A stretch of 64,000 nt of DNA, taken from NCBI GenBank assembly GCA_965183885.1, contig OZ238992.1:500197-564196 (forward strand), written 5' to 3'. A program made the translations under genes and the position numbers. How positions within the stretch are numbered: position 1 is the stretch's first letter; each line of letters starts with the position of its first letter. Below, piece by piece: positions 46,286-55,915 of the stretch. The DNA is from Flavobacteriales bacterium. Lineage in GTDB: Bacteria; Bacteroidota; Bacteroidia; Flavobacteriales; BACL11. The notes beneath the pieces are model-generated. The model ran no database searches and was not told the origin of the DNA. It saw only the letters and a list, made by a program, of their open reading frames with translations.

Positions 46286-47602
46286 TTAGTCTATATCTTC
46301 AGTAAAAAAGCTAGAGAAAATCTCAAGTAATCCTTTTTTAGTTGATGTTTCTTTTACCTCCTCTACTTCTTCTTGCTCTACCTCTTTATTTTCTACTACT
46401 GTTTCAGTAAGCTTAATATTATTTTGCTCGGCATGTTCAAAACCTTTAAGCACCAAGCCTACTCCTGTTGAGTACATTGGACTTACAACTACATCTTTTG
46501 AGTCACTACCTAAATGTTCATTAGGATAACCTATCCTAGTTTCTTTTCCAGTAATAAAGGCTACTAACTGCTTTAAATTACGAATTTGAGAACCTCCACC
46601 CGTAAGTACTATCCCTGTCATTAATTTGTTCTCATAACCCGAAACTTTAATTTCATGATATACAAAATCAATAATTTCTTTCATTCTGGAACCAATAATT
46701 TCTGATAAGTTTTTTACTGCAATTTCTTTTGGGTCTCTACCTCTTAGCCCTGGTATAGAAACCATTACATTTTCCTGATCTTCAGTATACATTGCTGAAC
46801 CAAACTTTATCTTTAACAGCTCTGCTTGTTTTTCAAGTATAGATAGCCCTGTTTTAATATCCTTAGTTATTACATTACCTCCAAATGGGATTACAGCAGT
46901 ATGCCTTATAATATTATCTAAAAAGATAGCTACATCAGTTGTTCCTCCTCCTATATCAACTAAAGCTACTCCTTCTCTAAGTTCATCTTCATCTAAAGTT
47001 GCCACTGCTGAAGCAAAAGGCTCTAATACTAATTCTTTAGGTGTTAACCCTGCTTTTTCTACACATCTCATAATATTTCTAACCGCTCCTACTTGAGCTG
47101 TAATAACATGAAAATTAGCTTCTAATTTTACTCCTGCCATTCCCTTAGGGTCTTGTATTCCATCCTCTCCATCAACAGTATATTCTTGTGGAATAACATG
47201 TATCACCTCTTCTCCAGGAATTGTAATCAACTTAAACATATTTGATTTTAATTTATCAATATCTGCTTTGTCAATCTCAACACTAGTATTCTCTCTTACT
47301 ATCTCACCTCTATGCTGTAAGCTTTTAATATGCTGCCCTGCAATACCAACAAACACCTCATTTATTGCTACACCTGATTTTTGTTTTGCTTGCTCAACTG
47401 CTTCTTTTATTGAATCAACTGTTTTATCAATATTTGCTACAATCCCTCTAGCTACACCATGAGATACAGCACGTCCTGTCCCTAAAATTTCTAGCTTACC
47501 ATATTGATTTTTTCTACCAATCATTACTGATATCTTAGTTGTACCAATATCTAAGCCTACCATGTAGGCTCCTGTATTTAATTGTTGATTGTTATCTTCC
47601 AT
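46286..47602 (-). CDS. ftsA: Cell division protein FtsA
   Basis: VGLDIGTTKISVMIG, DIGGGTTDVAIF. The start is taken at MEDNNQQ (47602). The track start at 47623 would overlap ftsQ by 16 nt. Confidence 0.9.
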   Translation of the reverse strand: MEDNNQQLNTGAYMVGLDIGTTKISVMIGRKNQYGKLEILGTGRAVSHGVARGIVANIDKTVDSIKEAVEQAKQKSGVAINEVFVGIAGQHIKSLQHRGEIVRENTSVEIDKADIDKLKSNMFKLITIPGEEVIHVIPQEYTVDGEDGIQDPKGMAGVKLEANFHVITAQVGAVRNIMRCVEKAGLTPKELVLEPFASAVATLDEDELREGVALVDIGGGTTDVAIFLDNIIRHTAVIPFGGNVITKDIKTGLSILEKQAELLKIKFGSAMYTEDQENVMVSIPGLRGRDPKEIAVKNLSEIIGSRMKEIIDFVYHEIKVSGYENKLMTGIVLTGGGSQIRNLKQLVAFITGKETRIGYPNEHLGSDSKDVVVSPMYSTGVGLVLKGFEHAEQNNIKLTETVVENKEVEQEEVEEVKETSTKKGLLEIFSSFFTEDID

Positions 47603-47607
47603 ACTAT

Positions 47608-48327
47608 TTATTTTTTTGTACAAACAATTTGATTGTTATACTTTAAACTAATATCGCTATAAGTTTGCCACCCCTTTACAGGCATAGCTTGTTTATAAAA
47701 TTGATCTAGGTTTTTTAATTTTTCATCAATATCAATAAGTTTCCCAAAGTGTATTCTCTGATCACCTACCCTAGGGATAATTATCAACTCATCATTATTA
47801 AAATGTAGTTGTGTAAACTGAGCTCTCCAAAAGCTATTATCATTAATCTTACTTGCCAACTCAAAAACTACTTTATGTTGTTCTGCTCCAATATCACCAC
47901 TAAAAATAAGTAGCCTTGGTGTGTAATTTGGTGATAAAAGCATTTGCTTACCCTGTTCATCTAAATAATAATCCTCAGTAGTAGTCTTAATACGAACTAT
48001 AGCTTTTCTTTGAGCAACATCAATTGCCAACTTACCTAACTGATCACTATAAACCTCAGCAGTTTTTACTGCTGGATGATCAAGTAACACCTGTTCCAAA
48101 TCATTTAAATATGAGTCACTTAACACTACACTATCAATAGCAATGCTATTTTCTTTTAAATATTCCTGCACTATTTGTTCATTTACAAAAGCATCTTCTG
48201 ATTCCTGTACACTAATTGCATGTAAATTAAAATATTGCTGTGTCTGTTTTTTATTAGTAAAAGCTAAAAGTACCACTAACAATGCACAAAGCGTCATCCA
48301 TTTTAATATTTGAAATAACTTTTGCAT
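47608..48327 (-). CDS. ftsQ: Cell division protein FtsQ
   Basis: Single N-terminal TM and a POTRA-like segment. It lies between murC and ftsA. Confidence 0.75.
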   Translation of the reverse strand: MQKLFQILKWMTLCALLVVLLAFTNKKQTQQYFNLHAISVQESEDAFVNEQIVQEYLKENSIAIDSVVLSDSYLNDLEQVLLDHPAVKTAEVYSDQLGKLAIDVAQRKAIVRIKTTTEDYYLDEQGKQMLLSPNYTPRLLIFSGDIGAEQHKVVFELASKINDNSFWRAQFTQLHFNNDELIIIPRVGDQRIHFGKLIDIDEKLKNLDQFYKQAMPVKGWQTYSDISLKYNNQIVCTKK

Positions 48328-49703
48328 TAGTTTAATATTTGTTTTATTGGTTCAACTAAAGTTCCAATATCACCAGCTCCAAGAGTAATTAACACCTCCA
48401 AGTCTTTATCCCTAAGGTTAGATAACAAACCTTCCTTTTTACATAGTTCCTGTTTATTTGCGCTACAAAGATTCAATAACATCTTAGCGTCAACACCTTT
48501 AATTGGCAACTCTCTAGCAGGGTAAATATCTAACAATATTAGCTGATCAGCTAAAGATAACGAGCTTGCAAAATCATTTGCAAAATCCTGAGTACGCGAA
48601 AATAAATGAGGTTGAAACACCACTGTTATTTCACGCTTAGGAAACAATTGCTTAGCCGCATTAATAGTAGCACTAACTTCTTTTGGATGGTGTGCATAAT
48701 CATCTATATAAGCTAAATCTGCAGTGTTAATATGCACATCAAACCTTCTATTGATTCCTTTAAAAGATGCCATCGCCTCTACTATCTGCTCTGAAGATAA
48801 CCCTAAAAATGACGCAACACTAAGTGCTGCTATTGCATTACTCACATTATGCACTCCTGGAAGTACTAATTCTAATGCTAGTTTTTTTCCATTATTAGCT
48901 AAGTAGTCAAAATTCATTCTTCCAGCAACAACCTTAATATTATCAGCATAAAAATCTGATTTACCTTTAGCTGAATATTTATATAATTTTCCATCTTCTG
49001 GAACAGGAAAGCTAACAGCAATCTCTTGTTCTACTATTAAAACCCCATTTGGTTTTAATTGAGCAGCAAACTCAACAAATGCATCCTTAAGCTGAGTTTC
49101 TGTTTCATAAATATCTAAATGATCAGCATCAACAGAAGTAATAATTGCAACATCAGCTTTTAAATGAAGAAATGAGCGATCATACTCATCAGCCTCAACT
49201 ATTAATATATCTCCCTCTTCAGCCAACAATAAGTTAGTATTGTAATTTCTACTAATACCTCCTAAAAAAGCTGTTGCCTTTTGCTCAGTATGCTGTAGAA
49301 TATGTGCTAGTATTGCAGTAGTTGTAGTTTTTCCGTGCGTACCCGCAACAGCTATAGTAAAGCAATCTTCACTAATCATTCCTAGTACTTGAGCTCTCTT
49401 ATACAAACTCAACCCCTTGTTCTTAAAAAACTGTAACAACTTATTATCCGAAGAAATGGCTGGAGTATAAACCACCAATAATTCATCTTCCTTTGCAGTT
49501 TTTATTTGTTCAGGAATCTCTAAAACATCATCATTAAAAAAAACTTCAATTCCCTCTTCCGCTAGAGTGACACATAAAGCGGAATTTACCTTATCGTAAC
49601 CTGCAACATATTTACCTTTAGCTTTAAAATAGCGCGCCAAAGCACTCATGCCGATACCACCAACACCTATAAAGTAAATATATTTATACGAATCTATCTT
49701 CAT
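48327..49703 (-). CDS. murC: UDP-N-acetylmuramate--L-alanine ligase
   Basis: IYFIGVGGIGMSALA, AVAGTHGKTTTT. Confidence 0.92.
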   Translation of the reverse strand: MKIDSYKYIYFIGVGGIGMSALARYFKAKGKYVAGYDKVNSALCVTLAEEGIEVFFNDDVLEIPEQIKTAKEDELLVVYTPAISSDNKLLQFFKNKGLSLYKRAQVLGMISEDCFTIAVAGTHGKTTTTAILAHILQHTEQKATAFLGGISRNYNTNLLLAEEGDILIVEADEYDRSFLHLKADVAIITSVDADHLDIYETETQLKDAFVEFAAQLKPNGVLIVEQEIAVSFPVPEDGKLYKYSAKGKSDFYADNIKVVAGRMNFDYLANNGKKLALELVLPGVHNVSNAIAALSVASFLGLSSEQIVEAMASFKGINRRFDVHINTADLAYIDDYAHHPKEVSATINAAKQLFPKREITVVFQPHLFSRTQDFANDFASSLSLADQLILLDIYPARELPIKGVDAKMLLNLCSANKQELCKKEGLLSNLRDKDLEVLITLGAGDIGTLVEPIKQILN

Positions 49704-50803
49704 TTTTTTACCAAGCCTAAAGCTATAGTTGCTATCTTATTAGCAGCATTTTTTACTGCTAGTTTTTTAATATTTTCTTTCAATTTATCTTGCAATCCCT
49801 TATCTTCAATCAGTTCCATAAGATTATTTACAAGCTTACGATTTGCATCAGCATCTTCAACAAGCAAGGCTGCATTCTTATTAACGAGTGATTGTGCATT
49901 TTTATATTGATGATTTTCAGCTGCACTTGGCAAGGGAACCAAGATAATTGGCTTAGCCAAAGTACATAGTTCTGAAATTGCAATTGCACCTGCACGAGAT
50001 ACAATTATATCTGCAGCAGCATAGGCTAAATCCATTTCTTTAATAAAAGTATATGCATTAATATCTGCTGTATTTATAGCTGCTATTTTCTCTTTTGCTT
50101 TATTCTCAAAAGAAATACCTGTTTGCCATATCAAGTTCACTTCTTTATCCTTAAAAACATCTAAACTATCAGCAATAGCATTATTAATACTTCTAGCCCC
50201 TAAACTTCCTCCCACTACTAAAACTGTTGGCTTTGAAGAATCAATATTAAATGCTTTTCTGCCCTCCTCAACTTTATTCTCAAATTCTAAGATATCTTCC
50301 CTAATAGGATTCCCTGTAATAACTAGCTTTTCTTTTGGAAAGAATCGCTCCATGTTATCATAAGCAACACATATCTTCTGAACATATTTAGCAAGTAGCT
50401 TATTTGTAATTCCTGGATAAGAATTCTGTTCTTGAATTAAAGAAGGAACTCCTTTTCTGCTTGCAGCAAACAACAAAGGTCCACTTGCATAGCCTCCTGT
50501 ACCAATAGCTAAATCAGGCTTAAAATCTTTAACAATTTTACTTGCTCTCCATATACTATTAATCACCTTAAAAGGAAATAATAAATTTCTTCTGCTTAAG
50601 CTCCTTTGCAAACCACTAATCCAAAGCCCTTCTATCTTATATCCTGCCATGGGAACCTTTTCCATTTCCATTCTATCTGCAGCACCTACAAATAAGAATT
50701 CTACAACATCTACTTTTTGCTCTATTGCCTTTGCAATAGCAATAGCTGGAAAAATATGTCCTCCTGTGCCTCCTCCACTAATAATTACTTTAAACTTTTT
50801 CAT
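49700..50803 (-). CDS. murG: Undecaprenyl-PP-MurNAc-pentapeptide UDP-GlcNAc transferase
   Basis: MKKFKVIISGGGTGGHIFPAIAIA. The start is taken at internal M11; the track start is 50833. Confidence 0.9.
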   Translation of the reverse strand: MKKFKVIISGGGTGGHIFPAIAIAKAIEQKVDVVEFLFVGAADRMEMEKVPMAGYKIEGLWISGLQRSLSRRNLLFPFKVINSIWRASKIVKDFKPDLAIGTGGYASGPLLFAASRKGVPSLIQEQNSYPGITNKLLAKYVQKICVAYDNMERFFPKEKLVITGNPIREDILEFENKVEEGRKAFNIDSSKPTVLVVGGSLGARSINNAIADSLDVFKDKEVNLIWQTGISFENKAKEKIAAINTADINAYTFIKEMDLAYAAADIIVSRAGAIAISELCTLAKPIILVPLPSAAENHQYKNAQSLVNKNAALLVEDADANRKLVNNLMELIEDKGLQDKLKENIKKLAVKNAANKIATIALGLVKK

Positions 50804-51920
50804 AGGCTCTATCTGTAGCATCTCTACTAACACTTAAAATTATACCTATTGCCATACAACTAAAAACAATAGATGTTCCTCCCATACTAATAAGAGGTAA
50901 GGTTTGCCCAGTAACAGGCAACACCTCTACTGAAACTAACATATTTATAAAAGCTTGAAAAACTAATGAGAACATCAGCCCTATAGTTATCAAGCTTCCA
51001 AAAACGCTTTCTATCCTTAAAGATATTCTTACTGCTCTAAAAAGTAATATTAAGTACGCTATTACTGATATAGCTCCACCTATTAAACCGTACTCCTCAA
51101 CTATTATTGCAAAAATAAAATCTGATGACGAATAAGGTAGAATATTTTTTTGTGTACTTTTTCCAGGGCCAACTCCTTTAAGCCCACCATTTTGTATTGC
51201 TACTAAGGCTTGAGTCTGTTGGAAATCATTTGACTGCTCATCACCTTCAGTTTCAATAAAAAACCCATCTATTCTACTAACCCAAGTTGCCGACCTAGGC
51301 ATCACCTTAGTTCCAAAAGGAGTATACTTAGCTGTACCATAAATTACAAACGCACCAACAATGGCAATACCTATGATCCCTGCAAGAAATTTTATTTTTA
51401 TTCTCCCAACAAACATCAATACCATTCCGTTAATAAATACCAAAGCTGCTGAAGAAAAATTATTAGGCAATATTAGCAAACATACCAAAATCAGCGGCCC
51501 CAAAACATACCACACTAAGTCTTTAAAATTATGTAAATACTCCCTATGCTTACTAATTTGTCTTGCCATAAAAACAATTACTGCAAGCTTTGCTATATCA
51601 GAAGGCTGAAACTGCAAACTTAAAAATTGCAGCCAACGCGAAGCACCATTAACATTAACTCCAATTATAAAAACTAAGATTAATAGAATAATACTTACCC
51701 CATAAGAAAGCAAACCTAATTTTGAGAAATATTTAAACTTAATTTTATGAACTAGATACATTGCCGAGAACCCTAGCAATAATTTTACTATATGTTTAAA
51801 CAAGAAATTCCACCCAGCAGTACTGTAAACTACTAAAATGGAAATTAAAGCTAAAAAAGAAACAATATACCAAATTGTTCTATCACCTTCAATTTTAATA
51901 TCTTTAAACAAAGGGTTCAT
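50790..51920 (-). CDS. ftsW: FtsW/RodA (SEDS) family peptidoglycan polymerase
   Basis: About 10 TM segments. ..SSDFIFAIIVEEYGLIGG.., ..LPLISMGGTS.. Confidence 0.88.
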   Translation of the reverse strand: MNPLFKDIKIEGDRTIWYIVSFLALISILVVYSTAGWNFLFKHIVKLLLGFSAMYLVHKIKFKYFSKLGLLSYGVSIILLILVFIIGVNVNGASRWLQFLSLQFQPSDIAKLAVIVFMARQISKHREYLHNFKDLVWYVLGPLILVCLLILPNNFSSAALVFINGMVLMFVGRIKIKFLAGIIGIAIVGAFVIYGTAKYTPFGTKVMPRSATWVSRIDGFFIETEGDEQSNDFQQTQALVAIQNGGLKGVGPGKSTQKNILPYSSSDFIFAIIVEEYGLIGGAISVIAYLILLFRAVRISLRIESVFGSLITIGLMFSLVFQAFINMLVSVEVLPVTGQTLPLISMGGTSIVFSCMAIGIILSVSRDATDRAYEKV

Positions 51921-53240
51921 TTATAGCTCTCTTACTTGTTTTTTAAATTGAAACCCTCTTTCTTCATAATTTGCAAACAAATCAAAGCTTGCACAAGCAG
52001 GAGATAATAACACTACATTATTTTTATTAGCCAAACTATACGATTGTTTTACAGCTTCCTCCATATCACTTGCTTGTACAATTGTATCTACTTTTCCTCT
52101 AAAGGCATTAATAATATTCTCATTGTTTTCTCCTAAGCAGATAATAGCTTTCACTTTCTCAGTTACCATATCTGTAAGCTCACTATAATCATTGCCTTTA
52201 TCAACCCCACCAACAATCCAAACTACATCTTTGCTCATACTCTCAAGAGCATACCAACAAGCATTTACATTAGTCGCTTTTGAGTCATTAATAAAATCAA
52301 CACCATGTACTGTAAGTACATATTCTAAGCGATGTTCTACATTTTGAAAATCAATCATTGATTTTCTGATTACAGCATCCTTAACCTCAAACACTCTGGC
52401 TGCCATAGCTGCTGCCATAGAGTTAAAAATATTATGCCTTCCTTGCAAAGCTAAATCTTGTATAGTCATTGTCTTATTATTTATATTAATTTTTATTTCT
52501 TTATTATTATAGTACCCTCCTTCTATTTTTTCTTCAATTAATGAGATAGGTAGTTTTTTTGCTTTTGTTGCGATTGCATTTACAAGTAAATCATCCGCAT
52601 TATAAATTAAGTAATCTGTTATTAGTTGATTTTCTGTAATTCTAAACTTAGAAGCTGTATAATTCTCTAATTTATAATCATACCTATCTAAATGATCAGG
52701 AGTCACATTAAGTATTATAGCTACATCTGATCGAAAATTTCTAATACCATCAAGCTGGAAACTACTCAACTCCAGAACAATATAATCATAATCACGCTCA
52801 GCAATAGAAAGTGCAAAACCAACCCCAACATTTCCAGCAACTAATACATCATAACCTGCATTTTTTAACACATGACCTAACAATAATGTAGTAGTAGTTT
52901 TACCATTACTCCCTGTTATTGCAGCAATTTTTGCTTTAGTATATCTAAATGCAAATTCTACCTCTGATATTACAGGAACATTTCTTTTCACTAAAGCTTG
53001 AACCAAAGCTACCTTATCAGGTATTCCAGGGCTTTTTATCACCTCATCGGCATTAAAAATTAGCTCAGGCGTGTGCCTACCTTCCTCCCACTCTATCTTA
53101 TTATTTAAAAGAACTTCTTTATTATCATCAGTAATTATTCCTTTATCAGAAACAAAAACATCAAAACCTTTTTTCTTTGCTAAAACAGCCGCTCCTACTC
53201 CACTTATTCCTGCTCCTAAAACGACAATTCTCTTAGTCAT
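51921..53240 (-). CDS. murD: UDP-N-acetylmuramoylalanine--D-glutamate ligase
   Basis: [29 protein letters not shown]. The start is taken at internal M20, abutting the mraY stop; the track start is 53297. Confidence 0.9.
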   Translation of the reverse strand: MTKRIVVLGAGISGVGAAVLAKKKGFDVFVSDKGIITDDNKEVLLNNKIEWEEGRHTPELIFNADEVIKSPGIPDKVALVQALVKRNVPVISEVEFAFRYTKAKIAAITGSNGKTTTTLLLGHVLKNAGYDVLVAGNVGVGFALSIAERDYDYIVLELSSFQLDGIRNFRSDVAIILNVTPDHLDRYDYKLENYTASKFRITENQLITDYLIYNADDLLVNAIATKAKKLPISLIEEKIEGGYYNNKEIKININNKTMTIQDLALQGRHNIFNSMAAAMAARVFEVKDAVIRKSMIDFQNVEHRLEYVLTVHGVDFINDSKATNVNACWYALESMSKDVVWIVGGVDKGNDYSELTDMVTEKVKAIICLGENNENIINAFRGKVDTIVQASDMEEAVKQSYSLANKNNVVLLSPACASFDLFANYEERGFQFKKQVREL

Positions 53241-54454
53241 TATCTTAGTTTTAAAGTTACAACTGTTATAACTGCCAACATTATTCCTACAATCCAAAAT
53301 CGAGTTACAATTTTACTTTCATGCATTCCTAATTTTTGATAATGATGATGTAAGGGAGCCATCTTAAAGACTCTTTTTCCAACACCATACTTCTTTTTTG
53401 TGTATTTGAAATAACCTACTTGTAACATTACCGAGACATTCTCAATTAAGAATATCCCACAGAGAACTGGAATTAATAACTCTTTACGAATTAGGATAGC
53501 TACAACAGCTATAATTCCTCCCAAAGCTAAAGACCCTGTATCTCCCATAAACACCTGTGCTGGATAAGAGTTATACCACATAAACCCTACACAAGCCCCT
53601 ACAAAAGCAGCCATATAAATCACAAGCTCTCCCGTATTTGGAATATACATGATGTTTAAATACTCTGCTGCAATAATATTACCAGATACATAAGCAAAAA
53701 GTGCTAAAGTAGCTCCAATAATTGCTGAGGTTCCTGTTGCAAGACCATCAAGACCATCAGTCATATTTGCTCCATTAGATACTGCTGTAATAATAACCAC
53801 TACAATCAAAATAAATAATATCCAAGCATAATCCTTTGCTGTATCACCCATCCAAGATGTAAGATCTTGATAATCAAACTCATTATTTTTAAAAAATGGC
53901 GTTGTTGTTTTTGATGATTTTTTAGCAATATCAACACTACCGACTACACTAGTTTCATTTGTGATTGCCACATCTTCTTTTACAACAATATCAGAACTAA
54001 AAACCATTACTAAACCAACTATTATCCCTATACCTACTTGTCCTAAAATCTTAAACCTCCCTGCTAAACCTTCTTTATCTTTCTTATACACTTTAATATA
54101 ATCATCAATAAAACCAATAGCCCCCAACCAAAGCGTTGAAACAATCATTATAATAATATAAATGTTGTCTAACTTTGTAAATAATAACGTTGGAATTAAT
54201 ATTGCAGCCAATATGATTAAACCTCCCATAGTTGGCGTTCCTTTTTTACTATCCTCACCTGCTAATCCTAACTCCCTAACCTGCTCACCAATCTGCTTAT
54301 TTCTAATAATATTGATAATCTTCCCTCCAAAAACTAAAGAAACCAACAAGGAAGTAATCACTGCCATTGCTGCACGAAAGGAAATATACTGAAACAATCC
54401 TGCTCCTGGAAAATCATAGGTATTTTGTAGATATTCAAATAGGTAGTATAACAT
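53240..54454 (-). CDS. mraY: Phospho-N-acetylmuramoyl-pentapeptide transferase
   Basis: ..KKGTPTMGG.., ..[13 protein letters not shown].., ..[11 protein letters not shown].. Confidence 0.95.
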   Translation of the reverse strand: MLYYLFEYLQNTYDFPGAGLFQYISFRAAMAVITSLLVSLVFGGKIINIIRNKQIGEQVRELGLAGEDSKKGTPTMGGLIILAAILIPTLLFTKLDNIYIIIMIVSTLWLGAIGFIDDYIKVYKKDKEGLAGRFKILGQVGIGIIVGLVMVFSSDIVVKEDVAITNETSVVGSVDIAKKSSKTTTPFFKNNEFDYQDLTSWMGDTAKDYAWILFILIVVVIITAVSNGANMTDGLDGLATGTSAIIGATLALFAYVSGNIIAAEYLNIMYIPNTGELVIYMAAFVGACVGFMWYNSYPAQVFMGDTGSLALGGIIAVVAILIRKELLIPVLCGIFLIENVSVMLQVGYFKYTKKKYGVGKRVFKMAPLHHHYQKLGMHESKIVTRFWIVGIMLAVITVVTLKLR

Positions 54455-55915
54455 TTATAGTTTATTTATATTTAATACTTCTTTTAGTTCTTCTTTATCG
54501 TCAAAAGGAAGTTTCTCTCCTTTTATTTCTTGATACTTTTCATGCCCTTTACCCGCTACAAGCACAATATCATTTTCAGTTGCTAACCTACAAGCTGTTT
54601 TTATAGCCTGTTTTCTATCAGTAATTACTAGCACTTTCTTCATTTGTTGCACATCCAAACCAGCAAGCATATCCTCAATTATTGAATCAGGGTTTTCTGA
54701 CCTTGGATTATCAGATGTTAAAATAACCTGAGTACTTAAGTTACAAGCAACAGCAGCCATAAGTGGTCGCTTTGCCTTATCTCTATCGCCACCACAGCCT
54801 ACAACCGTAATCAGCTGCTCAGTTTTTGAACGGATATCATTTATTGTTGAAAGTACATTTCGTAGAGCATCATCAGTATGAGCATAATCTACTATAGCAG
54901 TAATTTTTTCCTCTGACTGAAAATACTGAAACCTTCCTTCAGCAGCAGTAAGCATACTCATTGCTGCAAGCACTTCATTATCTTCAAAGTCAAAAAGATT
55001 AGCAACAGCATAAACAGAAAGCATATTATAAGCATTAAACTCTCCTATTAACCTTACCCAAACATCAATCCTATTAATACTTAGAAGCATTCCCTCAAAC
55101 TGATTTTCAAGAACCTTACATTTATAATCTGCTACAGACTTTAAAGCATAAGTCTTTTTTATTGCCTTAGTTCCTTCCAACATTTTAGCCCCATTCCTAT
55201 CATCCTTATTAGTAAGAGCAAAAGCAGTTTTAGGCAATAAGTCAAAAAATGACTTTTTCACATCACGATACTCTGCAAATGTGTTATGATAATCCAAGTG
55301 ATCTTGCGTAATATTAGTAAATACCCCCCCCGCAAAGTTTAAAGCATGTATTCTTCCCTGAGCAATAGCATGAGAACTCACCTCCATAAAGCAATATTCG
55401 CACCCTTGCGCTAGCATTTTACTAAGGAGTAAATTAATTTGTAAAGCATCAGGAGTAGTATGTGTTGAAGGAATTACCTGGTCAACTATTTTATTTTGAA
55501 TTGTAGAAAGCATACCTACCTTTACCCCTAATTGAGAGAACAATTGAGCAAGTAAACTAACAATAGTAGTTTTTCCATTAGTACCTGTAACACCGACTAA
55601 CTTTATATTATCAGAAGGATTTCCGTAAAAATTTGAAGCTATTACTGCCAAAGCATCATTACTGTTTTTTACACATATATAGGTAACCTCACTTTCTATA
55701 TTATCTGGAATAGTTTCAACTACAATTACTTTTGCCCCTTTAACTATAGCCTGATTAATATAAGCATGCCCATCAGAAAGTGTTCCTTTTACAGCAATAA
55801 AAAGCGTTCCCTCTCCTACCTTTCTAGAGTCAAAAGCAACATCAACTATCTCAGTATCGTCTAAACCAACTACACTAACAATATTTACTTTATATAATAA
55901 CTCTTTTAATCTCAT
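54455..55915 (-). CDS. murE: UDP-MurNAc-L-Ala-D-Glu--2,6-diaminopimelate ligase
   Basis: VTGTNGKTT, ..DYAHTDDAL.., ..GCGGDRDKAKRP.., ..TSDNPRSE.. Confidence 0.92.
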   Translation of the reverse strand: MRLKELLYKVNIVSVVGLDDTEIVDVAFDSRKVGEGTLFIAVKGTLSDGHAYINQAIVKGAKVIVVETIPDNIESEVTYICVKNSNDALAVIASNFYGNPSDNIKLVGVTGTNGKTTIVSLLAQLFSQLGVKVGMLSTIQNKIVDQVIPSTHTTPDALQINLLLSKMLAQGCEYCFMEVSSHAIAQGRIHALNFAGGVFTNITQDHLDYHNTFAEYRDVKKSFFDLLPKTAFALTNKDDRNGAKMLEGTKAIKKTYALKSVADYKCKVLENQFEGMLLSINRIDVWVRLIGEFNAYNMLSVYAVANLFDFEDNEVLAAMSMLTAAEGRFQYFQSEEKITAIVDYAHTDDALRNVLSTINDIRSKTEQLITVVGCGGDRDKAKRPLMAAVACNLSTQVILTSDNPRSENPDSIIEDMLAGLDVQQMKKVLVITDRKQAIKTACRLATENDIVLVAGKGHEKYQEIKGEKLPFDDKEELKEVLNINKL

